Made by a program: the position numbers and the translations under genes. From an uncultured Pseudomonadales bacterium (GTDB lineage Bacteria; Patescibacteriota; Microgenomatia; UBA1400; UBA1396), in assembly GCA_964511175.1 (NCBI GenBank), contig CAZEEI010000002.1, positions 132,382 through 196,381 of the forward strand: a stretch of DNA of 64,000 nt. The letters run 5' to 3'. Numbering within the stretch: position 1 is the first letter of the stretch; every line of letters starts with the position of its first letter. This document shows, one piece after another, positions 8,989-19,179 of this stretch. A model generated the notes under the pieces. The model worked only from the letters and a program-made list of their open reading frames with translations. It did no database searches and was not told the DNA's origin.

Positions 8989-10067
8989 CGATCGGTCTCA
9001 ATCTTTTATATTTACTACCTAACCAAGTGGGCGGGACTGAATATTATGCCCGTTTTCTTATCGAGGAATTACAGCGTCTGGATCAAAAGAACCGCTACGT
9101 AATATTTTGTAACCGGGAAAATTGGTCAACATTCCAGTTAACCAATCCTCGCTGGCAGAAAGTGCGCTGCCCTGTTTTTGCCCGCTGGCGTCCCGGGCGC
9201 GTTTTATTTGAACAGTTAATTTTGCCTGGGCTGCTGCGTAAATTTCACATCGACCGACTTCACTCGTTGGGTTATGTGGGATTGCTTTTTACCAATTGCC
9301 CGCAAATAGTAACTATCCATGACGCCAATTGGCGCGACCAACTGGCCGATTTTCCGTTTTTTTCCTTATGGCTCCAGCGCTGGCTGATTGAGGCTAGTCT
9401 GGCCAAAGCGTGCTTAATTTTAACCGACTCCAATTTTGCTAAGCAGCGTTTAGTGTTTCATTTTCCTCAATACGCGGCCAAACTACGGGTTTTATCACCA
9501 GGATTATCGCCGGGGTGGTTGACCATTCTAAATCGATCATCACGGGAGAGGGCGTTAATTAAAAAACCTTATCTTTTGGTAGTGTCAGCGTTTTATCCTC
9601 ATAAACGAATCGATTATGTTTTGCGGCTTTGGTCCAAATTGGCTAACCGCTTGCCACAATACCAATTGGTAGTGGTTGGACAAAATGGTTGTCAAGCGTC
9701 GCTGATTAAGTATTGGTCGGCGCATTTACCGCGGGTGATCTATAAAGCCAAGGTTTCTGCAACCGATTTAGCCGCACTTTATCGCCATGCCGCCGTTTTA
9801 TTACACCCTAGTATTTATGAGGGTTTTGGCTATCCAGTTTATGAAGCGGCACAAGTTGGTTTACCAATTGTGGTGGGGTATCGTGACCTTTATGACTCAC
9901 GATTAGCGCCGCGCTTAATAGAATTAAGTTTTAATAATCAGATCGATATCGATTTGATTGTAAGATTAGCCAAACAGGCTAAGCGAAAGTCTGCTCCAAA
10001 ATGGTTGTCTACTCAACATCGGCGCGCTGTGGCTCAACTGATTCGCTGGTATCAGGAATTGGAATGA
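8976..10067 (+). CDS. glycosyltransferase family 1 (GT4-type, GT-B)
   Basis: The C-terminal half has LLVVSAFYPHKRIDYVL...LHPSIYEGFGYPVYEA...GLPIV, the EX7E GT4 signature. Confidence 0.8.
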   Translation: MAGLTIGLNLLYLLPNQVGGTEYYARFLIEELQRLDQKNRYVIFCNRENWSTFQLTNPRWQKVRCPVFARWRPGRVLFEQLILPGLLRKFHIDRLHSLGYVGLLFTNCPQIVTIHDANWRDQLADFPFFSLWLQRWLIEASLAKACLILTDSNFAKQRLVFHFPQYAAKLRVLSPGLSPGWLTILNRSSRERALIKKPYLLVVSAFYPHKRIDYVLRLWSKLANRLPQYQLVVVGQNGCQASLIKYWSAHLPRVIYKAKVSATDLAALYRHAAVLLHPSIYEGFGYPVYEAAQVGLPIVVGYRDLYDSRLAPRLIELSFNNQIDIDLIVRLAKQAKRKSAPKWLSTQHRRAVAQLIRWYQELE

Positions 10068-10074
10068 GGTAGCG

Positions 10075-11172
10075 ATGATTTTGCTGTTAGATAATATTCC
10101 TACACCAGCCACAACGCACCGTTACAACGCTCTTAACCGGGTGTTGGATGGTCAATTAATGGTTTGGTATCAACGTTATTGCGAACCAAATCGTTCTTGG
10201 CGTGTAGTGCCTCAACCACAGTTTCCAACTGTTGTTTTAGGTCAGAGTTGGGGCGCAACTTTTTGGTCGCTGTTTGGCCAACTCAATCGTCAGAAGACGC
10301 AAATCGACGCGGTCATTATCCGAGGTTGGAACACCTTTAGTTATCTCTATGCGGTGGCTTGGTGTCGTTATTACCGTGTACCGCTGGTTCTCTGGTCAGG
10401 CAGCACGTCTTGGGAGAGGCACTGGCTGCGTTTGCCGGTAGCCCCGATTGTACGCTGGGTGGTTGGCAGTGCATCTAGTTATCTAGCCTATGGCAGCCGC
10501 GCGCGGGCCTATCTAATTAGTTTGGGTGCTGACCCCGCCAAAGTACGGATTTTCTGGAACTCAGTTGATTTAGCCCACTTCGCCCGCGCGCGCCGTCTTC
10601 AGCCAGCCGCCGCCCGCCAGCAATTAAAACTCCCTAGCCATAAACGAATTATCCTTTTTGTTGGCCAACTAATCGAACGAAAAAACATTTTATCTTTGGT
10701 TTCTGCCTTCAATCGAGTCAGCCGCTGTTATCCGCAATTACATTTAGTAGTCGCGGGGGTCGGTCCTTTGACTTCACAAATTGAGCCAAGTTCGAATCTA
10801 ACTTTACTAGGGCATCAGGAGTATCGCCAATTACCATTGCTCTATGCCGCCGCTGATGTATTAATTCTGCCATCATGTGAGGAAGTTTGGGGTTTAGTAG
10901 TTAATGAAGCCATGGCTGCCGGTTTGCCTTGTGCGGTTTCGGTAACAGCCGGTGTGGCCGCTGATCTAGTCATACCCGGCAAAACCGGCTGGCGCTTACT
11001 TCCCACGCCGTTTGGTATCGAGTTAGTTCTGCGACAGATCGCTAAAGCTAGTTTTCGGGAATTAAAACTCTTAGGAAATCAGGCGGCTAAACAGGTAAGT
11101 TTAACTGACGCCAACGTTACCGCACGGCGTCTATTTACATGGCAAAACCAGCATAAGAAACGCGGGGAATGA
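10075..11172 (+). CDS. glycosyltransferase family 1 (GT4-type)
   Basis: ILFVGQLIERKNI...LILPSCEEVWGLVVNEAMAAGLP, an EX7E motif. Confidence 0.8.
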   Translation: MILLLDNIPTPATTHRYNALNRVLDGQLMVWYQRYCEPNRSWRVVPQPQFPTVVLGQSWGATFWSLFGQLNRQKTQIDAVIIRGWNTFSYLYAVAWCRYYRVPLVLWSGSTSWERHWLRLPVAPIVRWVVGSASSYLAYGSRARAYLISLGADPAKVRIFWNSVDLAHFARARRLQPAAARQQLKLPSHKRIILFVGQLIERKNILSLVSAFNRVSRCYPQLHLVVAGVGPLTSQIEPSSNLTLLGHQEYRQLPLLYAAADVLILPSCEEVWGLVVNEAMAAGLPCAVSVTAGVAADLVIPGKTGWRLLPTPFGIELVLRQIAKASFRELKLLGNQAAKQVSLTDANVTARRLFTWQNQHKKRGE

Positions 11173-11725
11173 TGCCCGTCTTGGTGAGTGGCCAGTAGCG
11201 GAAAAAGGCGCGACCCACAATTGCTTCCTTGCCCACCGGACCCCAAACCCGCGAATCGGAAGAAAAGGGACGGTTGTCACCAAGCAGCATGTATTCGTTT
11301 TCACCCAAGAGAATTTCGCGGCCACCTTCGGTAAAAGCACCGGCTTTAGTAAAGTTTTCCGGCGGAATATAAGGCTCTGGCAAAGGCTGGCTGTTGATCC
11401 AAATGGCATTGTCGTGGACAGCAAAAGTATCGCCCGGTAAGCCTAGAACGCGTTTAATGAAATCGCAACCTGTCCCTTCCGGGCAGCCGGATTGTTCGGG
11501 CGCGTGGAAGACCACCACATCGCCACGTTGCGGCTCGCCGGTTTGGTAGGAGACTTTGTCGGTCAAAACATATTCGCCGTCCAAAAAAGTCGGTTCCATA
11601 GACTGGCCGCTAACCTGGTGTGGTTGCATGAAGAAGAGGTAAATGACCAAGAAAATGGAAAGCGCCACCACTACTGTTTCGATAATATCCAGAAAGAGGG
11701 CATTGAGAGAACGGAACAGATTCAT
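11135..11725 (-). CDS. lepB: signal peptidase I
   Basis: N-terminal TM segment, catalytic-Ser box GQSMEPTF, the catalytic-Lys region, and GDNRPFSSDSR. It overlaps the preceding gene convergently by 38 nt. Confidence 0.85.
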   Translation of the reverse strand: MNLFRSLNALFLDIIETVVVALSIFLVIYLFFMQPHQVSGQSMEPTFLDGEYVLTDKVSYQTGEPQRGDVVVFHAPEQSGCPEGTGCDFIKRVLGLPGDTFAVHDNAIWINSQPLPEPYIPPENFTKAGAFTEGGREILLGENEYMLLGDNRPFSSDSRVWGPVGKEAIVGRAFFRYWPLTKTGIIPRVSYAGFAM

Positions 11726-11818
11726 ACCTGGGTATTATGCGCGCTGGTTTAGTCCGCCGTCAATTACTTTGGTGAATTAATCTAGACCAGACTGACTTTC
11801 TGGCGTAGAATCCAGAAT

Positions 11819-12988
11819 ATGACTATCCAAGAAGTTCTCACCCGCGGTGTCGAACAAATTCTTCCCAGCCAGGAAGGTTTGGCTCAACTGATGGCGCAGA
11901 AAAAAATCCGTCTCTACTTGGGTATTGACCCCACCGGTAACCAATTGCACCTAGGCCATGCGGTGGTTTTGCGTAAACTCCAGCAGTTTGCTGATTTAGG
12001 TCATGACGTAATTCTGTTAATTGGTAATGGTACGGTGAAAATCGGTGACCCTACCGGTAAAGACAAAACCCGCCCCCTACTCACCGATGAAGTGATTGAA
12101 GAAAATTTCCGCACTTGGCAACAGCAGGCCGCCAAGGTATTGAACTTTGAGCAAATCACCATTAAACGCAATGGTGACTGGTTGGACCCACTCACTTTTC
12201 CGGACATCGTTAAGCTTATGGCTAAGTTTACGGTGCAGCAGTTGTTGGAGCGCGACATGTTCCAAGAGCGCCTCAAAAATAATCAGCCCATTTTTGCCCA
12301 CGAAATTATTTACCCGATTTTACAGGGCTATGATTCCGTAGCCATGGATGTTGATCTGGAAATTGGTGGTTCGGACCAACTGTTTAACATGATGGTGGGC
12401 CGCCAACTGCAGAAAGAGATGAATAACCATGACAAGTTTGTGCTGGGCGTACCTCTGTTAGTGGGTAGCGACGGCCGCAAAATGGGCAAATCACTTCACA
12501 ACTTTATTTCGCTAACGGCCGAACCAAATGATATGTACGGCAAAGTCATGTCGATTGTCGACGATGTAATTATTGAATACTTTACCTTGCTGACCGATGT
12601 GCCGCTGGCGGAAATTGAAGACATGGAAACGGAATTAGCCGCCGGTGCCAACCCGATGGAGCTGAAGAAGCGGTTAGCTTTGACCATTACTGCGCAGTAC
12701 CATGATGCTCAAGCCGCCCAAGCCGCGCAAGTGCATTTTGAAAAGACGGTGCAGAATCGGGAACTACCTGGCCAGATGCCAGAGTTGGTTGCCGCGGGTT
12801 CGAGCAGCGTTCTCGATTTAGTGATGCAGACTGGTGTACCAGCTAGTCGTGGTGAAGCCCGACGGTTGATTGAACAGGGCGGTGTGAGTTTAGATGACGA
12901 GAAACTAACTGACTCCAATCAGAAACTCAGCCCGAAAAGTGGACAAGTGCTACGGGTGGGCAAACGCCAGTGGTTTGCCATCAAGTAA
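11819..12988 (+). CDS. tyrS: tyrosyl-tRNA synthetase
   Basis: HLGH (HIGH-type) motif, KMGKS, and a C-terminal S4 domain. A TAGAAT -10-like hexamer lies 7 nt before the ATG. Confidence 0.95.
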   Translation: MTIQEVLTRGVEQILPSQEGLAQLMAQKKIRLYLGIDPTGNQLHLGHAVVLRKLQQFADLGHDVILLIGNGTVKIGDPTGKDKTRPLLTDEVIEENFRTWQQQAAKVLNFEQITIKRNGDWLDPLTFPDIVKLMAKFTVQQLLERDMFQERLKNNQPIFAHEIIYPILQGYDSVAMDVDLEIGGSDQLFNMMVGRQLQKEMNNHDKFVLGVPLLVGSDGRKMGKSLHNFISLTAEPNDMYGKVMSIVDDVIIEYFTLLTDVPLAEIEDMETELAAGANPMELKKRLALTITAQYHDAQAAQAAQVHFEKTVQNRELPGQMPELVAAGSSSVLDLVMQTGVPASRGEARRLIEQGGVSLDDEKLTDSNQKLSPKSGQVLRVGKRQWFAIK

Positions 12989-13008
12989 ATTGAAATGAGG
13001 GAAGAAAA

Positions 13009-13365
13009 ATGAGATTCAACGCTGGTCATGCTTTAAGTCTGGAAAAATTATTGGAGGTTATACCAACTGACGCCAGGAGGGCGACACGGGAAGGTTTAGA
13101 GAGTATTGATCCCGAGCGTATTGTGGCACTATGGAATAGTTATCCGGAAAAACAAGACGCTATAGCCGACACTCTCCTCGCAGAGCTTAGAACTCTTGCC
13201 AGTGATGTCCAGAAGTCCTCAATAGTCAACCGTTCTGAACGTCAACAGACACTGCGTGACTTTCTGCAGCAACTACGGACAATTTTCATTAAACTAGAAA
13301 CTTCTAGCAGTTCCTTATATCTTGAATTGCTTAACGGTATAAGCAAATATTCGCGCTTAGTCTAA
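13009..13365 (+). CDS. hypothetical protein (118 aa)
   Basis: ORF with an upstream RBS (AGGGAAG) and no recognisable domain. Confidence 0.5.
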   Translation: MRFNAGHALSLEKLLEVIPTDARRATREGLESIDPERIVALWNSYPEKQDAIADTLLAELRTLASDVQKSSIVNRSERQQTLRDFLQQLRTIFIKLETSSSSLYLELLNGISKYSRLV

Positions 13366-13374
13366 AAAAGCAAC

Positions 13375-13971
13375 TTAGGCACGATTGGCTATTTGAAGAG
13401 CCCGCGAGGCCAAAAGGCGAAGTTTTTGTACAATGATCCGTTTTTGCACCAAAGGCAATCGTTTGTAAGTAACTCCATCCCAGATCTCCGGTGGTACTTC
13501 ATTTATTAAAGTTTCGGTTTCAGGTAAATCCATTCCCACAATAGATAAATTATCGATTACTTTTCTCAGTTCATTAACGCGTAAATTGCTTTCACTTAAT
13601 ACTTTTTCGCCAGCTGCCTGATGACCATCTAAAACTTTCTGCGTCCAAGTATCACGGCTTTTATCGTTAGTACTGTAACCATCTTCCAGTTCCGGTAGGA
13701 ATAAGAAACGGTAAAGCCCGGCCAAAGCATAGTAAAGATCTTTATTTTTTTGATGTTTATTTAGCAAAGGCAACATATCTGGAGTTTGCGGTGGTAATGG
13801 GGGATAGGCGAAGTGTAATCGACGGTTTTCCGCCATCATTTTTTGACGCACTTCATTCAATTCTGATTGAGTAAATAAAACAATCTCTTCTTTAGCGTGA
13901 ATGTCGCCAGCATAATCGTGTTCAATTTTACGCAACATTTCTAGATTGGCGGTTAAATCAGGATTAGACAT
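13375..13971 (-). CDS. hypothetical protein (198 aa)
   Basis: ORF convergent with the 13009 gene; helical and charged composition. Confidence 0.5.
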   Translation of the reverse strand: MSNPDLTANLEMLRKIEHDYAGDIHAKEEIVLFTQSELNEVRQKMMAENRRLHFAYPPLPPQTPDMLPLLNKHQKNKDLYYALAGLYRFLFLPELEDGYSTNDKSRDTWTQKVLDGHQAAGEKVLSESNLRVNELRKVIDNLSIVGMDLPETETLINEVPPEIWDGVTYKRLPLVQKRIIVQKLRLLASRALQIANRA

Positions 13972-14052
13972 AAGAACCCAGAATATCAGAAAAGCTTAAT
14001 TTTTACTAACAAAGCTTTTTAGAATAGCCGGTTGTATGATGATGGTTGAGTT

Positions 14053-15342
14053 ATGTGGCAGCGTTTTAATCGACTACGAGCTTTAGTTTTGGGTTCCGGT
14101 GCCCTGCGTCAGTCGGCGATTGCGGCCAGCGGTAATGTTATTACCGGTCTAATTTCGGCAGTGGCTATTATTTTGGCTTCCCGCTTACTTGGGCCAACCG
14201 AGTTTGGCGTTTTTTCCGTAGCGACATCCTTGATTGCTATTGGCAGTAAACTGGGCGATGTAGGCCTCAACGCCGTGATTACCCGTTTTTTGCCGCGTTG
14301 GCAGGGTGATCGAACCAAAGCGCGACAATTGCTAAGGCACATTATTTTTTGGAAAACAATCTTGGCTGGCATCGGACTAGGTTTGGTTTTATTGTGTCAA
14401 CAGCCACTGAGTGATTTGCTTAATTACCATCATCCAACGATGTGGTTTTGGGTAGCGTTTGGTTCTTTAGTTTTAATTTTATTCGAACATACCCTCATTG
14501 TGGCGGCCGCATTGCATGAATTTGTTTGGGCCAGCGTAGTGAATATTACCCAGGCGCTTTTCAAAGTAATTAGTTTTGTTTGGCTGGGGATATGTGGTGT
14601 TTACTCCACTGGGTGGCTGACGTTTATTTATGCTTTAGCGCCGGTAACGGGAGTATTACTGGTTCTGCGTCGCTTCCAACCATGGCTGCTGGTTAAGCCG
14701 GCTTATCTCGGGCAGCGATGGCAGAAGATGATCCAGCGCTACGCTGGGCACGCCGCTGTGGGTGTAACGGCTACAACACTCATTGCTAATATTGATCTCC
14801 TGTTTGTGCAGAAATATCTTTCACCCCTGGATACCGGGGTTTATGCGGGGGCCTCTCGAATCGCTCTGTTTGTGGCTTTTGTAGCGGCGGCGGTGGGAAC
14901 AGTCTTAAATAATCGGGTAGCGCGTTATCAAGCGCGGGAAACCCAAGCTTTATATCTAAAGAAATCACTAGTAGTGGTGCTAATTGCCATACTGGGTTTT
15001 CTCTGCTTTTTACCATTGGCTCGCTTGGCTTTGGTTTTAACTATTGGGCCGGAATATTTGCCTGGCTTGCCGGCCCTGATTGTTTTGGTGGCCAATGCTT
15101 TTTTGGGGTTGGCGGTGGTGCCGTACATCTCCTTTTTTTACGCTCTCGATATTCCTTATTATTTTTCTTTGGGCGGCATTCTCCAAATGGTGGTCATTGG
15201 GCTGGTGAGTTGGTGGGGATTACCTCAATATGGCCTAATGGCGGCGGCGTACGCACGATTGCTGGCGACAGTGGTTTTTGTGGTTTATACCACAGGCATG
15301 ATTTGGTTTACCTGGGGAAACCGCCAATCCGTTGAGCATTAA
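14053..15342 (+). CDS. polysaccharide biosynthesis flippase (Wzx / MOP superfamily)
   Basis: About 12 TM helices with the organisation and N-terminal pattern typical of Wzx and PF01943 proteins. Confidence 0.75.
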   Translation: MWQRFNRLRALVLGSGALRQSAIAASGNVITGLISAVAIILASRLLGPTEFGVFSVATSLIAIGSKLGDVGLNAVITRFLPRWQGDRTKARQLLRHIIFWKTILAGIGLGLVLLCQQPLSDLLNYHHPTMWFWVAFGSLVLILFEHTLIVAAALHEFVWASVVNITQALFKVISFVWLGICGVYSTGWLTFIYALAPVTGVLLVLRRFQPWLLVKPAYLGQRWQKMIQRYAGHAAVGVTATTLIANIDLLFVQKYLSPLDTGVYAGASRIALFVAFVAAAVGTVLNNRVARYQARETQALYLKKSLVVVLIAILGFLCFLPLARLALVLTIGPEYLPGLPALIVLVANAFLGLAVVPYISFFYALDIPYYFSLGGILQMVVIGLVSWWGLPQYGLMAAAYARLLATVVFVVYTTGMIWFTWGNRQSVEH

Positions 15343-16193
15343 TTATCTTTTTGAAATAAATCTTCCGAAAAGACTTGATTCGAATCCCCACTAACCAAAG
15401 CATAATATAAAAAGCCGCGTATTTCCCCGGCCCAATAATCTACTGCATGGTTGGGGGAAGCCAGAGGGAACATGCGGAAGTAGCTACCACTGGACAGTAT
15501 ATCTGATGGCAACGCATATCCGGCGCGAACTAAATGGGGAGCATGACTAACGATTCCGATAATATTAGCCGAATCGTGAATGAGACCCGCCGGTAAGGCG
15601 AAATTCTTAATTTGATGAATTGTATTATCAATTGCAGCATTAATAATAATTACTTTAGACGGGGGAATAACTATTCCTTCCTCCGTTAAGATTTGCTCGA
15701 TATCCAAATTTTCATCTCTCCTGCCGTTAAATATCAGTGGTGGGGCGTACTGCTCGATCATGGCGCGAGTTTTTATTTTGGAGTCTATTGGTCTAGTAGT
15801 AGATGCGCCGCTGGCGGCTTCGGCATATTTACGCATCAAGAGGGCAGCATAGGCCAAACGGTGTCTACCCATAAATTTAGCCCATTCCAGGTTTTTGTAG
15901 CGGTCTTCTTTAAAAGGTTCGCGATAATATCCTGGTCCGGATAGTACCCATAGCGCGGCTACTTTGGAGCAAGGGAGTTGCCCCTTGAGCAGCTTTTGCC
16001 GATCTTGTTTAGCTAACCCTTCAGTTTTTTTCAGACGAATACAAAAATCGTCAATTAGTTTGCGAACTAACTTAGTTTCATAACCAGAAAGATCAGGTTT
16101 GAACCCGGAATCGGAATGTGTAACCTGCTCAAAAGCAAGATTGCCGGCAATATCAATATTATTTATTAATTCGGGAGGAAGTATTTCAGTCAT
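15339..16193 (-). CDS. DUF218 (YdcF/ElyC-like) domain protein
   Basis: VIIINAAIDNTIHQ and IVSHAPHLVRAG resemble the conserved DUF218 blocks. Weak call. Confidence 0.4.
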   Translation of the reverse strand: MTEILPPELINNIDIAGNLAFEQVTHSDSGFKPDLSGYETKLVRKLIDDFCIRLKKTEGLAKQDRQKLLKGQLPCSKVAALWVLSGPGYYREPFKEDRYKNLEWAKFMGRHRLAYAALLMRKYAEAASGASTTRPIDSKIKTRAMIEQYAPPLIFNGRRDENLDIEQILTEEGIVIPPSKVIIINAAIDNTIHQIKNFALPAGLIHDSANIIGIVSHAPHLVRAGYALPSDILSSGSYFRMFPLASPNHAVDYWAGEIRGFLYYALVSGDSNQVFSEDLFQKDN

Positions 16194-16218
16194 AACAAGT
16201 TACTACAAAAAGCTAGAT

Positions 16219-18048
16219 TTATTTGCTTTGACGTGGAGTCAAAATTACCGTATTTCCAATTTGTTTATCAAAATCATAATTAGCCAAAATCCAATCGTTT
16301 ATAGCTGCTAAACGCTTGGTATTAGGAATTAAATCGATTTCATTAGTCCATAAAGCTGATGAATAAATAATGTACTTTGGTCGATGGGCGGCAAGGTCAG
16401 CCAATGCTTCTTGATGAAAGAAATTAGGTTCCGCAAACCAGGTGATATAAAAACGGGTTGGGCTAGGTCGATGTAGTAAATGGTAATAAAGCACTTCGTT
16501 GCTAAAAACAAAAACAAAGTCGGTTTCCTTAGTATTCCCAACAATATAATCTCGAACCAGTTTAGTTTCTGCAGTCAGCCAATAATCATCAGCAATAGTT
16601 GGTAAAGAAAAGAAAATTTTAATATCGTGCCAAGAAGTTGGCCGCCAAGGTAAAATCTGTTCGTATCTAAAGAAAGGAAGAGAGAAAAGCAGTAGACATA
16701 TTCCGATCAGTAATGGTCGAAACAGAATGCGCGTCCGCTGCCAGAAAAAATCACAGAACACAAATACCGCCATAAAAGTAAAAGGAACAGCATACTGGAC
16801 ATGTCCAAAATCACTTCTACCTAAGGCACTTTTGTAAAATAATAAACCCAGAACAACGACGACTGATTGAAGCATAGTTTCGCGTAAGTTCTTTTTATTC
16901 AATTTTCGGAATAATTCAATTGTTACAATCACATTAATGATTATGAGCAAAATAGGTAGCCAGTATAGAGAAAAGGTGGCAAGTGACGGTTTGGGATAAA
17001 CATAGTCAAACATCAGGGGGCTCATTTGGGGTATGTAGAAAAAAGTGATTTTTAAAAATTCAACAAAACCCTGCCAACTAAAAATAACTATTCCCAATAA
17101 TAAAGCACTTCCCGCACCAAGGATGTTGGGATTCAGCAAAGCCAAAGCCTGTTTGAAAAGGAAAATCGGTTTGAAGTTTTTTTTATGATTTAACCAGGTA
17201 GTAGACAAGATATACGCAGTCAGAAAGTAACCATGGGTTAAAATTAAATATATTCCCCGATCAATGGAATGGTAAAGCGACAAAACGCTTACCAATGAAG
17301 TGAGCGTAAATAAAGTTTTTTCGGAAAGTTTATTACGGACAAAGAAAATTATCAGCAGCAAATAAGAAAGTACAAATAAATCTCGTTGCACATCACGCAA
17401 AGGAAGTGAGCCCATGAAAAATACAGCTATTAATCCAAAAATAAAATTGTTCTTAATTAATAAATTAAGAACAAGCAATAATAAACTAAACGCTACTATG
17501 CCAATTAAATAATCAAGGAGAAAAAATGAGCCAATGTTTGGGGAAAATATCTTAAAGGCAAAGAAGGAGGTAAGGGCATCATTTAGAGCTCCGTGTAAAA
17601 AGAAAATATTAGTAAATGGTTTTTGTCCAAAAAAATACATGGCTGATCCCGGACTTACTCGTTCACCTATATGAAACATGTCGATTTGCGAGTAGTTTCG
17701 TAAATAATCGGAACAAAAAGACAAAAAGAGTGAAAGAAGAAGGGCACTAGTTGTATAAACACGCACCGCCAAAGAAAAATGTTTGGCAATAAATGGTTTG
17801 ATAATGTAAAAACCAATTACGCTGCCGATTAAAAATACTAAAAAACGCAGAGTATTAGTGTGAGGATTAAACTGCAAATTAACTACCGGTCCTGCCAAAC
17901 CATAAGGATTGCTAAAAGGCAGACGGACAATCATTGATATGATCATCGCGGCGGAGGTGCTAAACAGTAGAGCTATTCCATTGATTGCTAGTGCCGCTGC
18001 GGGCTGGGAGATAAAAGATAACTGATTAAGCAGCCTGGACGTTCGCAT
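16219..18048 (-). CDS. large polytopic membrane protein (609 aa), glycan polymerase or transferase candidate
   Basis: More than 12 TM segments followed by a C-terminal soluble domain. AT-rich codon usage. Confidence 0.6.
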   Translation of the reverse strand: MRTSRLLNQLSFISQPAAALAINGIALLFSTSAAMIISMIVRLPFSNPYGLAGPVVNLQFNPHTNTLRFLVFLIGSVIGFYIIKPFIAKHFSLAVRVYTTSALLLSLFLSFCSDYLRNYSQIDMFHIGERVSPGSAMYFFGQKPFTNIFFLHGALNDALTSFFAFKIFSPNIGSFFLLDYLIGIVAFSLLLLVLNLLIKNNFIFGLIAVFFMGSLPLRDVQRDLFVLSYLLLIIFFVRNKLSEKTLFTLTSLVSVLSLYHSIDRGIYLILTHGYFLTAYILSTTWLNHKKNFKPIFLFKQALALLNPNILGAGSALLLGIVIFSWQGFVEFLKITFFYIPQMSPLMFDYVYPKPSLATFSLYWLPILLIIINVIVTIELFRKLNKKNLRETMLQSVVVVLGLLFYKSALGRSDFGHVQYAVPFTFMAVFVFCDFFWQRTRILFRPLLIGICLLLFSLPFFRYEQILPWRPTSWHDIKIFFSLPTIADDYWLTAETKLVRDYIVGNTKETDFVFVFSNEVLYYHLLHRPSPTRFYITWFAEPNFFHQEALADLAAHRPKYIIYSSALWTNEIDLIPNTKRLAAINDWILANYDFDKQIGNTVILTPRQSK

Positions 18049-18069
18049 GCGACTGTATTATAGTGGCCT

Positions 18070-19179
18070 ATGATGAAATCAACAACGGCTGAGGCAGTAG
18101 TGATTGGCGGAGGATTTTATGGCTGTGAAATTGCTTTACTGCTACGTCGGTATTTTAAAAATGTTTTGATTTTAGAGGAAAATTCGCAACTTTGTCAGCG
18201 GGCTACTTATATTAACCAAGCGCGCATCCATAATGGTTACCATTATCCGCGTAGTTTTTTAACTGCTTTCCGCTCCCATCATAATTTCAATAAGTTTATA
18301 CAGGACTATAAATTTTGTATTGACGATTCTTTTCAAAAAATTTATGGCATTGCCCGTCATGGTTCAAAAGTGACGGCCAAGCAATTCGAGCAATTTATTA
18401 CTCGCGTTGGCGCACCACTGTCCTCAGTGAGTCCGCAAGTAGAGAGTTTATTTAATCAAGACCTAATCGAAAAATTGTATTTGACGCAGGAAGTAGCTTT
18501 TGATGCCTATAAATTAAAGGAAATGGTAGCATCAAAATTGACTAAAGCGGGGGTTAAAATTTATCATAATGTAACGGCGGCACAAGTAAAAAGCAGAAAA
18601 GACGGATTGGAGATTATAACTACCGCCGGTGAAAGATTTAAGGCGAAGCAGGTTTTTAATTGTACTTATGCCCGTATTAATACCATCCTGAAAAATTCTG
18701 GACTATCTCTTCTTCCTTTTAAGCACGAATTGATTGAGATGGCTTTAATTGAGCCGCCAGCAGAAATACGAAATTTGGGAATTACCATTATGGATGGCCC
18801 GTTTTTTTCAACGATGCCTTTTCCTAGTCAGAAATTGCATTCTCTTAGTCATGTTCGTTACACACCAATTACCGCTTGGTCTGATAAAGAAAACTACCTT
18901 GATCCTTATCAATACTTAACTGCTTTTTCGCGACGTAGCCGATATCAATATATGCTCAAAGACGCAATACGTTATTTACCAGTTTTGAGTAAGGCCCATT
19001 ATGTTAAATCACTTTTTGAAATTAAAACCGTTCTGTTACAAAATGAAGATGATGATGGCCGACCAATCCTTTTCCGGAAAGATTATGATGGTCTCGAAAA
19101 TTTCTATTTGGTTATGGGTGGGAAAATAGATAATATATATGATATTTTAGGGAAAATTACTTCCCTTTTTACGGATTAA
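18070..19179 (+). CDS. FAD-dependent oxidoreductase
   Basis: N-terminal dinucleotide-binding motif VVIGGGFYGCEIALLL. Confidence 0.7.
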   Translation: MMKSTTAEAVVIGGGFYGCEIALLLRRYFKNVLILEENSQLCQRATYINQARIHNGYHYPRSFLTAFRSHHNFNKFIQDYKFCIDDSFQKIYGIARHGSKVTAKQFEQFITRVGAPLSSVSPQVESLFNQDLIEKLYLTQEVAFDAYKLKEMVASKLTKAGVKIYHNVTAAQVKSRKDGLEIITTAGERFKAKQVFNCTYARINTILKNSGLSLLPFKHELIEMALIEPPAEIRNLGITIMDGPFFSTMPFPSQKLHSLSHVRYTPITAWSDKENYLDPYQYLTAFSRRSRYQYMLKDAIRYLPVLSKAHYVKSLFEIKTVLLQNEDDDGRPILFRKDYDGLENFYLVMGGKIDNIYDILGKITSLFTD

